Below are positions 57,875 through 64,000 of a stretch of DNA of 64,000 bases, in pieces (the stretch's first letter is position 1; every line of letters begins with the position of its first letter). The position numbers and the translations under genes were made by a program. Below the pieces are notes generated by a model that worked only from the letters and a program-made list of their open reading frames with translations, made no database searches and was not told the DNA's origin. The DNA comes from Curvularia clavata. Lineage: Eukaryota. The stretch covers positions 3,906,001-3,970,000 of the forward strand of contig CP089276.1 in the NCBI GenBank assembly GCA_023920165.1, written 5' to 3'.

Positions 57875-58762
57875 ACTGTCAAACAAACAGCTGGGAGAGA
57901 GTACCACCGGATGGTATCACACTTGTTGACAAGTGTCTGGTCGACTATTGTCACCCTCGGCGGAATTTGGAAAATGTTCAACCAATGAGATTGTTCAGTG
58001 TGGGAGCAATGAAGGCACTCGAGCTGGCTCCAGCAACGCCATTTTGCATTGTATTTTGTTTGCCATTGTCTGCATATTGTATATTAGCTACGAAGTAATA
58101 AATTAATTTGATGGTGTCTCAAATGAGGACACAGTACAACATGACGTCGCATGTCCAGCTTCAAGTATACCATCGTAACAAAGATCGAGCCAATTTTTCT
58201 GCTTGTGCCAGACATCAGCATTTAGCTTTTGACAATATCGTTCCTCAAGATAAAGTCCGACGTCCTAGTTGACTTGCACTGCCACTTTACATAATCAGCC
58301 CTACTGACTCGTGGTGCCGCCATGAACCAGGTACCAGCTTGATCTCACCGCTCTGTACCCTGTCTTACCGGAGTATCTTCATGTATTCTTGTATTCCATG
58401 TTCTTGCGACACCTCAGACAGAATTCGACAATGATTGCGGCTTCTGACGCGGCCTGTACCACCCAGGGACCGACCTGCCCTGATAACGGAGTTTTAGGAT
58501 CATCCCGTCGATAGCCTAAGTTGCTACCTACTAGTATTCCGAACGACCCACTCACGCCACTACTACCCCTCCAGAACGCCGCTGCGAGGCTCGCAAGCTC
58601 TCAGTATAACAAGTATATCCCGAAACCTACAAGCAATCTTCACCACTTCATATCGGATTTCTCTACAGTGTGGCAATAAGGAAATACGCATATAGGCATC
58701 CTGTGCGACTCGCGTCGATTGCTCGATAGTTCTTCAATTCCATTGAGACATATCCACGCATC

Positions 58763-60295
58763 ATGAAGCAAGAACGCGCTACCCTTCCGACGCCCACATC
58801 GTCCAATTCTTTCTGGCACAGCGAGCCAAACAAGTTTCTTATCGGCCATCGTACAACAGAAGACCTGCCCGCTGAGGCCGACATCGTCATTGTCGGATCT
58901 GGCATCACAGGCACAAGTGCAGCCAGATACCTAGCGGAAGACAAGAGGGCAGATGGAAAGACCATTGTGATGCTTGAGGCGAGAGAAGCGTGTTGGGGTG
59001 CTACCGGTAGGGTAGGTTTCTCGATCCGCCATCAGATACGCTTGCAGATTCATGGCCGCGCATGTCTATTTGCAGTCACTTCAGGCACTGCGTTTGTGAA
59101 CATATGCTAATGTTGACTATAGAATGGCGGACACTGCCAGCCCCTCCTCTTCGACCGCTCTAGCGAAGTGGCCGAATTTGAACTTAAGAACGTTGCTGCA
59201 GTGCGGTCCTACGTAAAAGACAACAACGTGCCGTGCGAATGGCGCGACGTGACTGGTTGTCGCACTTTCTGGACGGAAGCCGCTCTGAAGGAGGCCGAGA
59301 ATGCGATTGAGATTCTTCGCAAGATGGCGCCTGAAATAGCGAAAAGAGTCACGGTGATCAAAGACAAAGAGGAACTACGGAAGCACCGTGTTTCGCCTGA
59401 CTGTCTAGGAGCGTCGCTAAGTGAAGGAGCTGCAAGTTTGTGGCCATACAAGCTGGTTACGTTCATTCTGGAAAAGCTTGTGAAGGATGGCCGAGTTAAT
59501 CTTCAGACCAACACTCCTGTTACAGAGGTCGTGTCTTCTGAGGGTAAACACACGCTGCATACGCCTCGCGGTACGATTAGCAGCAAGACAGTCATCCTCG
59601 CAACCAACGGCTACACATCAGCTCTTCTGCCCCACTTCGCCGACCTCATCGTCCCGTGCCGCGGTGAGATGTCCGCACTCTTTCCACCAGAAGGATCGAC
59701 CATCCTTCCAAACTCTTACGGTATGGTTGGAGCACTGGGACAGCCTGCCAACAACGACGACTACCTTATCCAGAGACCATTTGAGGGCGTGCCAAACCCC
59801 GCCGGACATCTCATGTTCGGTGGCGGCCGTGGGGCCGGGGATTACCCGAGTATAGGCATTTCAGACGATAGCATTATTGATGAAGGAGCGGCCGCCTATC
59901 TTCGCAGTGCTCTGCTCAAAGTGCTCGAACTCGATGGTCAAACTGAAGGCCTCAAAGAGCTCAAGGCTGCAGCCCAATGGACCGGCATTATGGGCTACTC
60001 CCGTGACGACCATCCATGGGTTGGAAAGGTTCCAGACAGAGATGGTTTGTGGCTTTGTGGCGGATACACAGGTCACGGCATGCCAAACGGAACGCTCTGT
60101 GGAAAGGTAGTCGTAGACATGTTGCTTGCAGAGATTGACGGACAAGAGCTTGGTGCTGTTCAAACGGAGATGGTGCAAAAGGGACATATCCCCAAGAGCT
60201 ACATTCTGACAAAAGAGAGGATTGAGAAAGCAAGGAAGATGCTCACAGTGCAGCAGCAAGACGAACAGGGTGTGCACATGAACGGAATTTTGTAG
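58763..60295 (+). CDS. FAD-dependent oxidoreductase, DAO/glycine oxidase family, about 473 aa; exons 58763-59011 and 59123-60295
   Basis: IVIVGSGITG, EAREACWGATGRNGGH (formed across intron 59012-59122), ILATNGY, WTGIMG, GYTGHGM. Confidence 0.93.
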
Positions 60296-60645
60296 TCATC
60301 CGCGGCCGTGGAGCTGTTGTAGATTCTAGTTAGTCCGTAACACGTTGCGTTCTTGTCAACCGTATGTTTTGCCTGGTTTCTTGTAGCTGAACTCCAATCA
60401 TGCCAACATCGTCCGCGGGCCGAAACTGGCGTCTACCGCGCTACTCCGCTTCCCCAGAGAACACCAAGCCTTGTCGCTGACTAATAAACAACCTCACATC
60501 AAGCATACAAAGGTCATTCCACATGGCTATATGCTATATCAAGATGTAACTTTTCTCTCTTTTGACTACAGCACCGCGTCACCTTTGAACCAGTAGACAA
60601 TCATCTCAAGGCATTACAAACAACACCAGCAGGACACAATTGATC

Positions 60646-61404
60646 ATGGAGAAGACAAACCCACTGCCCTCAAAATTCGCCGTCGTCCTCTTCCCCGGCT
60701 TCCAACTCCTCGACGTAGCCGGGCCCCTAGACGCCTTCAACATGCTCGCCTATTCCCACACAATCTCCCTCTACACACTTGCCTCGTCCCTCTCCCCAGT
60801 CTCCACGCACAACAGCGATCAAGAAAAGCAAGGGTCGCTGATATCCACATCGCTCGCTCCAACGCACACTTTCGACACGGCGCCCAATGACATCGAGGTG
60901 CTGCTTATCCCGGGTGGCTTGGGTGCGCGTGGGCCCGGAAGCGAAGAGCGAATGAAGCCCGTGGTCGAGTATCTCAAGAAACTGGATATGAGTGGAAAGG
61001 GCACGTTGAAATGGGTACTTACGGTTTGCACTGGCAGCGAGATTCTAGCAAGGACGGGTGTGCTGGATGGTCGTAAGGCGACGACGAATAAGCGTGCTTT
61101 TAACACTGTATGCCTTTTCCTTCTCATTTCGTTCTTCATTTCCCAGCAGATTGAACGGGCTGACGCAGATCCGCAGGTCAAAGCTACGCATACGAAGGTC
61201 GACTGGGTGGCTAAGGCGAGATGGGTTGTGGACGGGCATATTTGGACAAGTTCTGGTATTTCAGCAGGGACGGACCTGGCGTTTGCGTGGATTGCGGAGG
61301 TTTTTGGCGAGGAAGAGGCGCAGCAGCTCGTGGATCGGAGTGAGTACGAGAGGAACGTGGATGCAGGAAATGATCGGTATGCGGAGAGGTGGGGGGCGGT
61401 GTGA
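60646..61404 (+). CDS. DJ-1/PfpI family protein (isonitrile hydratase-like subgroup), about 229 aa; exons 60646-61107 and 61177-61404
   Basis: LFPGFQLLDVAGP, LLIPGG, VCTG nucleophile, LDGRKATTN, RWVVDG..WTSSGISAG. Confidence 0.9.
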   Translation: MEKTNPLPSKFAVVLFPGFQLLDVAGPLDAFNMLAYSHTISLYTLASSLSPVSTHNSDQEKQGSLISTSLAPTHTFDTAPNDIEVLLIPGGLGARGPGSEERMKPVVEYLKKLDMSGKGTLKWVLTVCTGSEILARTGVLDGRKATTNKRAFNTVCLFLLISFFISQQIERADADPQVKATHTKVDWVAKARWVVDGHIWTSSGISAGTDLAFAWIAEVFGEEEAQQLVDRSEYERNVDAGNDRYAERWGAV

Positions 61405-61690
61405 AAGAGTGGTTGGTGATTGAATGCGAAGGATGTCGGTCGATATCATGTTTATTACTTGATGTTCGTTTTGATGTGAGCTCTTTGACATGTCTATATA
61501 GTTCAGAAAAGTAAGGGCCCCGAAACCAATGTATAGCTGCCATACAGATCTTATTGTCTCAAAATAATTTTAGTTTTGTACACTGCTGTTGCAGATGTTC
61601 CGATATATCTGCAGCTGGGAAAACAGGCTATTCCCATCTCCTTTCTGATACTATACAGCCCTAAATTGAGGTATAGTCGCCATACAAGTT

Positions 61691-62551
61691 TCACTTCTTC
61701 TCCCCATCATCCTTCCCTTCTCTCCAATAAACCACCATCCCATTCAGCGCATTCGCATGCTTCTCAAACTCCTTCAGCTTTACCATCCTTCGCCCTTCCA
61801 ACCACTTCCTTCCTATCTTATTACACTCCTCTAGGCACTCCCTCTTCTCCCTACTCTGCGCAAAAATATCATAATCGTCCAGAATTTCGTTGCCCACATA
61901 CAGCGCCGGGTCTCTGCCTACCAAAAAAGTTGGAAGCAGTAAAAACCAGTCTACAAACGGCGAGTAGACGAACGACTCTAATGTGATTTTGTTCTCCAGA
62001 CCTGATTCAAGGGTTGTAATGGAAAGGAGAGACAGGAACTCGGTGTCTAGCGATGTAAATGCTGGATCTTGTGCATAGCACGAGACTTCCATGTCCTTGT
62101 TTTCCTGCTTGACTGTGCCTGGATATCAGTATCGAGTGTGCAACGAGAGGGGGACAAGAGACTTACGTCGTCCAACCACGTCGACAAAAAGTACAAGTTG
62201 CCACAGACTTCTCCATCGATGCGCCCAGTCTCTGCTGAAGCTGCCGATACCTATACAGACTGCTTCTCTGACATCCCACTCTTTCTGTTCTCCGATAATC
62301 TCAATAACTTGGGTCGCGAGTGCCGTATCTTCCCAGCGCTCCTGTAGCAATTTGAATTCCGCTGTCAATTTCTCTACTGTCAGGTCTTTTACAATCTGGG
62401 GTAGAAGAGAACCCGCGTCTTGTTTGGAGTCTTTCTCGTCAAGTAAGACTTTAGATAGGCCATGCGTGATTACTGTCCAGCCATCTTCGCTCTGAATCTG
62501 CTTGCGTTTTGCACGGCCTCCACCACGACCGCTTTTATTCTTTGCGCTCAT
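61691..62551 (-). CDS. SRR1-like (sensitivity to red light reduced / Ber1) protein, about 268 aa; exons 62551-62167 and 62112-61691
   Basis: AVCIGIGSF, SLWQL, YAQDPAFT..D..FL, FVYSPF, YVGN motifs. Intron 62113-62166 restores the frame. Confidence 0.8.
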
Positions 62552-64000
62552 CTCCTTACTCTTGACTTCACGCGCTTCAGATTCTCGTACCTACCAAAAC
62601 TCCCGTAAGCACGCCATAAGTTTGGGCAGAGAAGCATGTCGTGTGTGCCACTGACTCTTTTTTTCTTTGTTCCTTCCCGTGTTGTCTTCCTTCACTCTCG
62701 TTAGGAACGAGGAAAAGGTGCAGCACACACGAAAACGGCTAATCACTTTCTAATGCACAGACAAGTTTACGTCCAAGTCATGCAGCCTGCAAGTGGGGAT
62801 TCGTGGCAACGCGTAGACAGCAAATAAGGTATGCAAAATTACCGAAGAAGGTAACAGAAAAAATAGGGAAGGGTGGGGCAAACCCGCGCGGGAATGCGCC
62901 GCTCACCAAGTGCGGCATGTGCGCATCAATCCCCGTATTCAGGGCGCGTAAAAAGGCGTTCTTAGAGGACGACAGGCGATCTGGACATTTGCAATTGGAG
63001 AAGGACGGGATGGTCTCACTTGCAAGAGGACGCTTTAGAACGGGGCTTTCGGATCGAGGATATTCTATGCATCTGATTATGGGGAGATGTTGCTTCGCGG
63101 GACTTGAGAACCCGAATCGCAGATTATTAGAGTCTCCTCTTGGTAGTATAGGTGAGAAGATAAATAGGCAGATGTGCTAGTGAGGTTGAGACAGAGGTGC
63201 AGATAGTAAAGGAAGCATCTAGGACTTCTATCAAGCACCTCTGTCGTTATTGTCATCCAGACCCTTCTACAGCGCCTCTCGCTCCTACAGAAAATCATAC
63301 GCCGCAATATCCCAGCATCGCCACAACTACAATGTTCCTCAGAAACATCCCAAAACACCAACGGCAAACCGCGCCTCCCCCGTGCATCTGACCTCTGCCT
63401 CCCACCGCAAGCCACCCGCTGCCATCCGATAAGCCCACCCGTTATCAGGCCTCCCGCCGACGTCTTTCATTTTCAGAGACTAGAAAACGACGATCTCTTT
63501 CCACGGTCTGGAGCGCAAAAGTAAGCTGGCGGCTTATGTTCTGCGCTGATGATGCAGTGTGAGTAAGCATCATCATTTCTCAGCATCATCATGACCTAGC
63601 GACCACTCGAAGATGAGACGATTGCGTGAGAATTGGGATCAGCATTCATAAAATCAAGCTACGTAGAATGTAGCAATGTGTACGTTAAGAGAGAAAAAGG
63701 CCGTTCTAGCTGCTGTACAGCGCTCAAAGCCTCAGTCGACCTAACCAATAAGCCCACTGCGTACATTCCAACTGGTCTGCCGCTTCAATAAAAGATTGGA
63801 TATCTTGTGCGCCCAACGCCATGCCCGTGACAAAACAGAAGCAACAAAGCAACCTCTCAAACAACCCATGTCAGCCAAGATGCTGCGGCAAACATTGCCG
63901 GTACGAGTATCGACGCGTAGCCGTTGATGACGATGGTGTGTGGCGCTGGCGATGATGTTGTTGCGTACAAGACCTGGAAGCCAATGTGCTGATCTGGGGC

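Noticed and set aside
63868..64000. Possible first exon MSAKMLRQTLP followed by a GTACGA donor at the window end
   Set aside because: Only 11 codons are visible, so it cannot be supported without downstream sequence.

Overview
Intron-containing genomic DNA from a filamentous ascomycete (probably a Dothideomycete/Pleosporales, inferred from gene style only). The window opens with the 3' part of a non-reducing PKS (MAT-PT-ACP-ACP-R), followed by two complete TA-flanked pogo/Fot1-type DNA transposons, one intact and one with two in-frame TAG stops. A housekeeping block follows: RKR1/LTN1, RAD3/XPD, an ornithine decarboxylase antizyme needing a +1 frameshift at UCC-UGA, a nucleoplasmin-FKBP and REV1. 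Next is a compact three-gene putative sugar-acid catabolic cluster (ACS-family MFS transporter, DHDPS-family aldolase, DgoD-type dehydratase) with clustered CreA-consensus sites. The rest holds a stop-depleted orphan region, a DH-PH-CNH Rho GEF, an amino acid permease, a candidate 75-aa RanBP2-zinc-finger microprotein, a CCDC97-like gene, a membrane-fused spermidine-synthase-like methyltransferase, a minisatellite gene open in two frames, a DAO-family oxidoreductase, a DJ-1/PfpI protein and an SRR1-like gene. Exon boundaries were read by eye and no database searches were run.
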